Source: a virus
Lineage: Duplodnaviria; Caudoviricetes
Reading direction: 5' to 3' (one strand)
DNA length: 24,351 nt
Virus record (IMG/VR): IMGVR_UViG_3300023176_000018
Span: 1-24,351 of that record
Shown: one piece after another, positions 7,191-14,795 of the stretch
Layout: each line of letters opens with the position of its first letter
How positions within the stretch are numbered: position 1 is the stretch's first letter
Program-made: the position numbers and the translations under genes
The notes under the pieces: model-generated
Databases searched by the model: none
What the model saw: the letters and a program-made list of their open reading frames with translations, nothing else
What the model was told of the DNA's origin: nothing

Positions 7191-9890
7191 TTAGTCAATG
7201 TAATCTTCAAACAAACGCTCGCCAGTAGTCATTCTACTGATCCTGTCAATATTAGCCAAGCCGGGAGCGTATGTTCTTAAAGCCCTAAGCGCAGGCAAAG
7301 CTGCGTCTTCTTCTCCTGTTGCTAATCTTTCAGCAGAAGAAATAAATCCACTTCCAAGAGTAGCTGCCGCTTCCATTGGAGCAGGAACTAAACTTACTGG
7401 CTTACCTCCGTACTGCTCTGATCTAATGTTTACAAAACCGCTAGATAAGTTAGAAGCTAGTTGATTCATTGTTGCGCTAGTAATTCCTTCTGGTGTTAGC
7501 ACATCTTCTACGTCTTTATTCTTGGATAAATCCAAAGTTTTTCTGGCGTCATCCCAAACACCGGCAACAACACCAAACAAACCAACGTACTTTGCTGAGT
7601 TAAGCATTGCGTTCTTAGCTGCTTGCGAACCTTCTGCTGTATTTAAACCAAGCCTTTGCGCCTTCAATAAATTTAATCCAATGTCTTCTCTTATGCTGTT
7701 CATTTGACGATTCATGTACGTCAACATGCTGTAAAACATACGAGCATTAGGATTATCGTGAAACGCTTTAGGTAAAGAACTAGCACTAACTGGTTGCCAT
7801 TTGTTTAGTGAAGCACCAGCAAAGTTAATCAACCATTCGCTGTTTAAATCCCCTTTCTTTAAAGCGTTTACAGTCGCTAAAAACTCGCTGTCTGTAAGCC
7901 CCCGCATCCCGTCGTGTTTACGTAGCTCTTCTAAATCTTTTGCTTTGCCACTCTTGGCTAGATTCATGCCACGTTTAATTGCACTATTAGTAAGTATCTC
8001 TTGTCCCATACGGTTAACAGTAGACACGCCGCTAATTTTGTACAGCGCCTGTCCTGTTACGTCTACTGCTTGAGCAAACCTCGGTAGTCTAATAAAATTA
8101 AACTTGTCGGCTGAATCAGACACAGCACGTTTACCTGTGTTTGCTAGTTCTCCCATAAAGTTTTGATCTAGTCCTAACTTCTCGTTCCCTAACCAACGGT
8201 TTGTATCCATGTTAACTTTCGGAATAACTTTACCAAGAACAGGCGTTGTTCCTAGTTCGTCTAACGCAACTTTGATAGTTCTTAAAGTAGCAGGACCAAC
8301 TGTTTGCGCCCATGCTTTGATACCGTTTTGATAAATAGGGGCAGTAATTCCTTCAATAAGGTTTAGCGCAGCGTTCAAAGGATTAGCAAGCAAAGCAGAA
8401 GAAGTCAAACGTCTAGCAATAGCACCAGCAGCATCACCTCCTTTTTTAGAAGCAATAATTTGTGAACGTAATCCGTTTCCTAAATTACTAGACACCGCCT
8501 TGGCTCTTTCCATTGCGTCAGTCTTAGACATACCTTTCGCTAAATACTGTTGACGCGCTTCTTTCCTTGCTTTTAACTCAATCATTTTAATAACGTAATT
8601 TACACGACCTTGAGTTTTTTGCGCGTCCGGTAACTTAAGAGCTTTGCCCCCTTGTTCAAGAACTAATTGTCCTGTCTTCTCGTCTATTAAACCAAACCGA
8701 CGAGCTAACACACGGGCTGTCATAACATCTTCAGCCATTTCTTTAATTGCATCAATAGGATTGACGTAATCAGAAGGTGTCATAACTACTGCGTCTTTGC
8801 CACCAATAACGCCTTTGGTTGGAAAGTAATCAGGTGAACCTTTAACAACATCCATTGCTTGAAGTGTTTTAATTTGTTCTTCAACTTGTTTTACAATAGC
8901 TTGTTCTTCAGGTGTTTTAGCAGCAGAATTAAATGTGTCCCAAGTAACCCTTTGGTTCTTAGCAATACTTCTGTTCATTCGTGTACTAAGAAGTTTTAAC
9001 TGTGCGTTGTCTTCAAATAGCTTGTAAGCGTCAGCAAACGTGTTTTCAAAAACATTGTCTAACTCTCGACGCTCGTGACGAATCATTGTCTCTGCGTCTT
9101 CGGCAAGTTTTGCTGCTCTTTCTCCTACGTTTTTAACAAGCCACTGACGAGTGCCTAGCAATACGTTACCAATAATGCCACTAGCTTTTTCTGGTTCAAC
9201 AGTTTCTTTAAGCATTCTCTGGTCATCAGGATCGACGCGCCGTGTTGTACGCCTTTGTGTACTCGTGTCTACTTCAAAACCGGGTTTAGATTTTTCAGTA
9301 GCTTTAGTTACTTCAACAAAGCCCTCGTCACCTCCGATAAAAGACGTTGGTTGTTCTACTACTTTACCGTCTTTAACCGTTACTCGTGGTTTATCTGGAA
9401 CGCCTTTTGTAAGATAAGCTCCAGCAGCGCCTCCAATACCAGCGCCTAAGCCGCCACCAAGTAAAGCCCCTGTTACTCTGCCTTCGTCTTCTCCAGACAA
9501 AAACCCGTAAACAGCACCTTCAACAGCACCCAACGCTGCCGCTTTTTGTGCACGTTGAACAGCCGTTCCTGCTTGAGCTATCTTAGCTACGCCCATGCCC
9601 GGAATAAATAAACCAGCCGTTATACCAGCGCCTGTAATAAACTTAGATGCTCCAGGATTTTTACGCTCAAAGTACCGCAGTTCTCGTCGTGAACCTTCTA
9701 TAGCTTTAGACCAGCTATCAGATTCACCAGAAGCAAGACGCGCAACAGCATCAAGTTCGTCGCCAATACCAGCAGCAGACTCTAAAAAATCAATAGCCCC
9801 TGCTCGTAAAGAACTGTACTCTGCTTTTGGTTTTCCAAACTTACTACGCCGTGAACGTCTACGTCTGCGTCGTTCTCTTTCTTCGCTCAT
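7191..9890 (-). CDS. Probable internal virion / DNA ejection protein, 899 aa
   Basis: Largest of three helical, Cys-free proteins after the tail genes; glycine-zipper hydrophobic segment (GALLGGGLGAGIGGAAGAYL). The call is positional. Confidence 0.65.
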   Translation of the reverse strand: MSEERERRRRRRSRRSKFGKPKAEYSSLRAGAIDFLESAAGIGDELDAVARLASGESDSWSKAIEGSRRELRYFERKNPGASKFITGAGITAGLFIPGMGVAKIAQAGTAVQRAQKAAALGAVEGAVYGFLSGEDEGRVTGALLGGGLGAGIGGAAGAYLTKGVPDKPRVTVKDGKVVEQPTSFIGGDEGFVEVTKATEKSKPGFEVDTSTQRRTTRRVDPDDQRMLKETVEPEKASGIIGNVLLGTRQWLVKNVGERAAKLAEDAETMIRHERRELDNVFENTFADAYKLFEDNAQLKLLSTRMNRSIAKNQRVTWDTFNSAAKTPEEQAIVKQVEEQIKTLQAMDVVKGSPDYFPTKGVIGGKDAVVMTPSDYVNPIDAIKEMAEDVMTARVLARRFGLIDEKTGQLVLEQGGKALKLPDAQKTQGRVNYVIKMIELKARKEARQQYLAKGMSKTDAMERAKAVSSNLGNGLRSQIIASKKGGDAAGAIARRLTSSALLANPLNAALNLIEGITAPIYQNGIKAWAQTVGPATLRTIKVALDELGTTPVLGKVIPKVNMDTNRWLGNEKLGLDQNFMGELANTGKRAVSDSADKFNFIRLPRFAQAVDVTGQALYKISGVSTVNRMGQEILTNSAIKRGMNLAKSGKAKDLEELRKHDGMRGLTDSEFLATVNALKKGDLNSEWLINFAGASLNKWQPVSASSLPKAFHDNPNARMFYSMLTYMNRQMNSIREDIGLNLLKAQRLGLNTAEGSQAAKNAMLNSAKYVGLFGVVAGVWDDARKTLDLSKNKDVEDVLTPEGITSATMNQLASNLSSGFVNIRSEQYGGKPVSLVPAPMEAAATLGSGFISSAERLATGEEDAALPALRALRTYAPGLANIDRISRMTTGERLFEDYID

Positions 9891-11434
9891 TCTGCTGTTC
9901 CTGCCCGACGCGCTGCCATAGCCTGCACATTCCTTTTATATCTTTCTTCTAAAGGCTTCATAAACGGAAAACCTTTTTCTTTCCGGTACAAAACAGGCTT
10001 GTTAGAAGGCTCTTCGTCCGTTACAGGAATCTCAATAAACCCGTCTTCTTCAAGTTCATCCATAATTTGAGTAAGAGACATTTGGCCTTTTTGAAATTCG
10101 CCGTACTCTTCCATAATTAATTCTTGTTCTTCTGAAGTGTACATTGACAAACGAATATTTTCTTCGTCTGTAATAGCTTGAGCAGGAGCTTGCGTTACGT
10201 CAACACCAGCAATTACAGCTTGCTGTCTTCGCTTATGCTCTTCAACTAGAGTATCTCTCGCCATCCGTCTGTACTCTTGCTTCTCTTCGGGATCTAACTT
10301 GTCGTAATCTTCTTGATCTTCTGCAGCAAGTTGTTCGGCTAAATCTTTTTCGTCGTTTCTGTCAGGAACAAACGTGTCAATCCTAATTCTAGCCTCTTCA
10401 ATTACTCTTTCGTCAGCTAACTTTTTATCTTCAGCAGCTTCCCAATCGTTAAGAGTAGCTCTTTCGTTTCTATTTGATATTAAACGATTTAGATTCTCTT
10501 CCATTTTAGAAGCTGTTGTTTTAGCTCCGGTTCCTCCAACCCATTCTTTATTTTCAGCATCCCAGTGCTTTTCAATGTACTCAACGTACTGTTGGTTCAT
10601 TGCCTTTAGCTCGTCGTCTTGTAAACCTTCTGGTAAATTTTCAATACGAGAAGTAAAGTCCTTGTTTAAAGGCTCTTGGTTTTTAAGGATGCTGTTGTCT
10701 CGGAAGTCTTGCATTTCTTGTTGAAAACGCAACTCTGAAGAAACAAAATCTTGCACTTGTTCTGCGTACAACGAAGGAACAGTTTCTAGTACAGCATCTA
10801 AGTTTTCTTGTTTGCCGCTTTTAATTGCAGCTACAATTTTTGCTCTGTTGTTTCCAATCCACTCCGCAGACTCAAGTTTTTTTAAATCAAGTGCTTGGCG
10901 CGCTGCTTCAATTTTTCTGTTGGTGTACTCTGTGTTAACGTCAGAATCTTGTTGCAAACGAGTTTGTTGTGTTTTTAACGAGTTAACCATTCTGTCAAAA
11001 TCTTGTTGACTAATAGGAGCTAACCCTCTTTGAGCGTAACTTTGGTTAATCCTGTCTCTTAAAGCATTAGTGTCTTGTAATTCGTTGTCTATACGTAAAA
11101 GAGCATCTACAGAGCGAGTCTGCTTGATGCCTTGTGCATTAGGTATCTGCGCTTGTAAATCATAAACTTGATTCAAGTAAAACATTTTTTCTTTCATTGT
11201 TGTAGCAGACTGTGCTTGAGCTTGTAGTTGATTTATTTGTCTAGTTAGAGCAGACACATCACCCTGTTGAGCAGCAGCATTAGCTTGACGCATAGTAGTC
11301 ATGGACTCATCTAAACGCGCCATTTGTTCCCGCTCTCGTCTACGTTCAGCAATCTGTCCACCAAGATCAAACAAACCTTGCCCAAAAGAAGGCTGGGTTA
11401 AACCTTGAATAAGTCCTTGTCCAAATCTAGCCAT
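9887..11434 (-). CDS. Probable internal virion / ejection protein, 515 aa
   Basis: Coiled-coil, Q/E-rich, Cys-free; ATGA-coupled to the next gene; GGAG upstream. The call is positional. Confidence 0.6.
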   Translation of the reverse strand: MARFGQGLIQGLTQPSFGQGLFDLGGQIAERRREREQMARLDESMTTMRQANAAAQQGDVSALTRQINQLQAQAQSATTMKEKMFYLNQVYDLQAQIPNAQGIKQTRSVDALLRIDNELQDTNALRDRINQSYAQRGLAPISQQDFDRMVNSLKTQQTRLQQDSDVNTEYTNRKIEAARQALDLKKLESAEWIGNNRAKIVAAIKSGKQENLDAVLETVPSLYAEQVQDFVSSELRFQQEMQDFRDNSILKNQEPLNKDFTSRIENLPEGLQDDELKAMNQQYVEYIEKHWDAENKEWVGGTGAKTTASKMEENLNRLISNRNERATLNDWEAAEDKKLADERVIEEARIRIDTFVPDRNDEKDLAEQLAAEDQEDYDKLDPEEKQEYRRMARDTLVEEHKRRQQAVIAGVDVTQAPAQAITDEENIRLSMYTSEEQELIMEEYGEFQKGQMSLTQIMDELEEDGFIEIPVTDEEPSNKPVLYRKEKGFPFMKPLEERYKRNVQAMAARRAGTAE

Positions 11435-11448
11435 TGTTTTTCTCCAGT

Positions 11449-12582
11449 TTAACCCATAGCCCCAGACAACAATCCTGTACCAGCCTGTCCAATCAAGTTA
11501 GCTTGACCAAGACCTGCACCCAACAGTGCTTCAAGACCTGTCATCTTAGCTTCACCAAACAAACCAGCGCCGTACAACTGACCACGCTGTTGCAAACCAG
11601 CAGCCGCCAGACCTTGCTGTAGCGCGTTCAACGCCTGTGCCTGCGGTATGTACGCCCCTGTCAAAGCACCAAGACCCATACGTTGCTGTGCTTCTTGTAG
11701 GCCCATACGACTTGTCATCAAACCTTCGCCTGTCTCTAGCGCCTGTAGTGCTGACAGTTGCTGTGCAGCTTCTAGAGCTTGTCGCTGAGTCGCAATGTTA
11801 GAACCTAACTGTCCGTAAGTAGCACCGATGTCAGCCGCTTGTAGTTGCTCTTGTTGCGCTTGAGTTATAGCCATAAGAGCCGCTTGATTTTGAGCTTCCT
11901 CTTGCGCTTTAGCCATTGCTAGTTGCTCTGGAGTACCTCCGTACATCGCTGTCTGTACACCACCACGACCTTGGGCAAACAGACGCTCTTCTAGTTCAAG
12001 CCGCTGTCTCTCTTCTTCACCAAGCTGTGTAGCCCTAATACGGTTGTACACATCTTGTTCTCTAGCACCCATAGGCATACCGACTTGACCCATGAACTGA
12101 CCGCCAAGACCAAACGCCTGTTGTGCTGCTTGTTGTTGACCAGCGAGGCCAAAAGGTGTAGCGCCTAGACCAGCACGACCAGCAGCTAAAGCGTCTTGTG
12201 CAGACTGCCCAAGTACTTCGCTTCCGTACGGACCACTAGAAAAACGCTGTCCTGCTACGTTTAACAACTGATTAGCAACAGCACTTTCTTGACCGCCTAA
12301 ACCTATGTCAACGTTGCCACTCTCGTCTACGTTAAGTCTACCGCCCATACCAGTAGTTACAGTAAACGGTCTAAAGGCAGACTGCGTAAGAGCAGCTTCA
12401 GCTATTGGATCAACAGCAGTGTAAGCCTGTTGTCCCACATCGCCTAACCTGTCGTAAGCGTTCTTAACCAACAATAATCCAGCGCCACCCATAGCTGCAC
12501 GGCCTGCGTTATTAACGGCTTGAGTAGCGGCATTGGTTAATAAGCCAGTTCCAAAGTTTATAATAGGATCATACCAAGCCAT
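11449..12582 (-). CDS. Probable internal virion / DNA transfer protein, 377 aa
   Basis: G/A/Q-rich helical composition; immediately follows the tail nozzle gene as in podovirus gene order; SD GAGGT. Confidence 0.65.
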   Translation of the reverse strand: MAWYDPIINFGTGLLTNAATQAVNNAGRAAMGGAGLLLVKNAYDRLGDVGQQAYTAVDPIAEAALTQSAFRPFTVTTGMGGRLNVDESGNVDIGLGGQESAVANQLLNVAGQRFSSGPYGSEVLGQSAQDALAAGRAGLGATPFGLAGQQQAAQQAFGLGGQFMGQVGMPMGAREQDVYNRIRATQLGEEERQRLELEERLFAQGRGGVQTAMYGGTPEQLAMAKAQEEAQNQAALMAITQAQQEQLQAADIGATYGQLGSNIATQRQALEAAQQLSALQALETGEGLMTSRMGLQEAQQRMGLGALTGAYIPQAQALNALQQGLAAAGLQQRGQLYGAGLFGEAKMTGLEALLGAGLGQANLIGQAGTGLLSGAMG

Positions 12583-12617
12583 TAGTAAGTACCTCTTTTT
12601 TTATTATAATTCATCAT
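12582..12617 (-). other. 11-codon micro-ORF MMNYNKKRGTY bridging two genes
   Basis: Minus strand reads ATG ATG AAT TAT AAT AAA AAA AGA GGT ACT TAC TAA. The start overlaps the nozzle stop (ATGA) and the stop overlaps the next start (TAATG). Confidence 0.5.
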
Positions 12618-14137
12618 AGCGTTTTACCTATCAGTGCTAGTACATTCATTTCCTGTATGGACAGCGCGTAACCGTTGATGTCTGTTTCAAGACCAACGCT
12701 GATTACTGAGCCGTAGCCTGTTGTGTTAATAGAAGAACGGCTAATAATTGTACTTTCTTCAGAAAACTCTGCTACGTTGTACTCAGACTGTCCGTAGAAT
12801 CCGGGTGTAGCACTGCTAGTTCTAAACGTGCTAGTGCTGGTTGCTGTTGAAAAGTCGTAAGACCACTTGAGAAAAATGTCTGCGTTGTTACCACCAATAA
12901 TTGTTGGTCTAATTTTCTTCAGCATCTTAATACGCGACGGATCACCAAAGCTCAATCCGGGACTGTAGTAACGGAAACGATAGACACTACCGTTGTCAAA
13001 GTAGTTGTTGTACGTTCCTATACCCGCTGTTGTGCCTATGTATATGTCACCGTTTCTGTCCCTGTGGAAACATTTGAAGTCCACACTAGGCCATCGTGTT
13101 ACCCTGTACGCACCGTTCTCCAGTGTGCCTCGTACATCAAAGCAGTACACAAGGTTAAGATCAGGAAAGCACAGAAGATAGAAGTAGTTTTCAGGACTGT
13201 ACACTGTACTAACTGGCTCTGCTTTGCCCAGCGTGTTAGCAATCAGTTCCTGCTTGATGTTTCTGCTCAAGTCGGTAATAGGCAAAGACTTCTCTTGTAT
13301 AGATCGCCCTAAACTCCTAAGACCTGTAGGTGAAAGAAACAACAAGTCTGTTCCTATGTTCTGTACACTCTTTCTGTCTACACAGCCAACACCCGGAATG
13401 GTGTCCTGTATAGCCATATTTGCTGGACTCTCTGCACCACCGTACACCAGCGTATTGTTTTCACCAAACACCACGAGAAACCCGTTGTGTGCCGCTATAG
13501 CTACAACTTTGTCAAACCCGTTAGGCCACGCCTTAGACACATCAATAGATCCGCTAGATCCACCAGAAAAATCGTGTCCTATTAACAAGTCAGACCAATA
13601 GATCGTGTTGTCGTTAGTAGCGTTACCTACACACCACACTCGTCCGTAAGCACCTATAGCTTCGTTGGCGTACTGTGCAGAAGTTACAGACGCACCAGCA
13701 ACACTGGACATCTTAGTAACTGCACCTAGACTGTTGCTGTACACAAGAGGCTCGTAGCCACGTTGGAAGAAGTAAGCGTGATCGTTAAAGTTAAATATCT
13801 TCCAATCGTTAGCTGTAATTGTGTACGACCCCGGCGTAGCGTCAACCAGTGTAGTCGTACCTGTCATAATCTTGTTGTTACCAGTACTAAAGATTACTTC
13901 GTTACCAGCACCGTCGTAAAACTCGTGGATGTTAGAGAGGTAATCAGTACCCAGCACAGTTTTGTCTGTAGTTACAACAGCGTTACCCTTACGTGAAGCC
14001 AATCGTCCTCGTCTGTCAATAATAGCGTTGTCTGCAATCTCCGCAAAAGACGTATCCTGTGCAAGCGGAGAATCCTCTGTGTTGATCCCTTTAAACGCAG
14101 GAGCAACTAAGTTAATGCTTTGTAGTGGCTGGGCCAT
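12614..14137 (-). CDS. Tail tubular protein B / nozzle (P22 gp10, T7 gp12 equivalent), 507 aa
   Basis: Beta-propeller-like sequence with F.G.NT.DSP N-terminus, IYWSDL and GVGC..R.S.Q..G.DL.FLS..GLRSL motifs; follows the adaptor gene. Confidence 0.8.
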   Translation of the reverse strand: MAQPLQSINLVAPAFKGINTEDSPLAQDTSFAEIADNAIIDRRGRLASRKGNAVVTTDKTVLGTDYLSNIHEFYDGAGNEVIFSTGNNKIMTGTTTLVDATPGSYTITANDWKIFNFNDHAYFFQRGYEPLVYSNSLGAVTKMSSVAGASVTSAQYANEAIGAYGRVWCVGNATNDNTIYWSDLLIGHDFSGGSSGSIDVSKAWPNGFDKVVAIAAHNGFLVVFGENNTLVYGGAESPANMAIQDTIPGVGCVDRKSVQNIGTDLLFLSPTGLRSLGRSIQEKSLPITDLSRNIKQELIANTLGKAEPVSTVYSPENYFYLLCFPDLNLVYCFDVRGTLENGAYRVTRWPSVDFKCFHRDRNGDIYIGTTAGIGTYNNYFDNGSVYRFRYYSPGLSFGDPSRIKMLKKIRPTIIGGNNADIFLKWSYDFSTATSTSTFRTSSATPGFYGQSEYNVAEFSEESTIISRSSINTTGYGSVISVGLETDINGYALSIQEMNVLALIGKTL

Positions 14138-14147
14138 CTAGCGTCTC

Positions 14148-14795
14148 CTACGGTGTAAACCAAATAGTTTCTTCAGGGTGCTTCTGGGCGTCCAGAGCAA
14201 TAGCGTCAGACAGGTACTTGTCAGCAATAGCAAAGTACTCTGATGTTGACGTACCGCCTGTCTCCCCACGTTCACGAGCTAACAGCGATACCGCCATGTG
14301 AATCACAGGCTGACTAGGAATAGCCAACGTGTCAGAGTCAGAACTCAAGGCTACGTTTCTGATGACGCTCTTGACCTTCAAAGAGTAAACACCGTCAGGC
14401 TTAGGGTACACATCAATCTGGGCGTCACCAGAGCCATCTATGCCACTAAACGTGTAGTACTGTGGTGCACCAGAGGCAGGAGTGTTTACAAAGAACTTAT
14501 CGTCAAACCATTCTTGAGGTCTGTACTCCATCACAATGTTAGATGTATCGTTAATAATGTTCAGGATTTTCCCTTGGTCTTGGTATCCCGTTAGCGAGTA
14601 CGTGTAGTCATCAGCCGCCGTGGTGATCGTAAGAGTAGACCTAAGATTAGACCAATCCCAAGCGTTTTCCACGATTTGTTTAGCGTCGTTAATAAAGTCA
14701 CCAACCATAGCACTGTACGTGTTCGCACTTACGGTTGTTACTGTGTCTTCTCGTAAACGTCTAAGGACGTTGTTTACTAAGTCTAAGTACGTCAT
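14148..14795 (-). CDS. Tail tubular protein A / head-tail adaptor (P22 gp4, T7 gp11 equivalent), 215 aa
   Basis: [17 protein letters not shown]-terminal helix, W.W..L, G.P.YY and VYPKPD motifs; adjacent to the nozzle gene. Confidence 0.8.
   Translation of the reverse strand: MTYLDLVNNVLRRLREDTVTTVSANTYSAMVGDFINDAKQIVENAWDWSNLRSTLTITTAADDYTYSLTGYQDQGKILNIINDTSNIVMEYRPQEWFDDKFFVNTPASGAPQYYTFSGIDGSGDAQIDVYPKPDGVYSLKVKSVIRNVALSSDSDTLAIPSQPVIHMAVSLLARERGETGGTSTSEYFAIADKYLSDAIALDAQKHPEETIWFTP

Noticed and set aside
7031-7228. Plus-strand 65-aa ORF after nrdJ
   Set aside because: Weak start and overlap with the 899-aa gene; the minus-strand 59-aa ORF has an SD and fits the operon.
12603-12610. TATAAT as a sigma70 promoter
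   Set aside because: On the minus (sense) strand there is no -35 hexamer or extended -10 at the proper spacing; it lies in the AT-rich micro-ORF.
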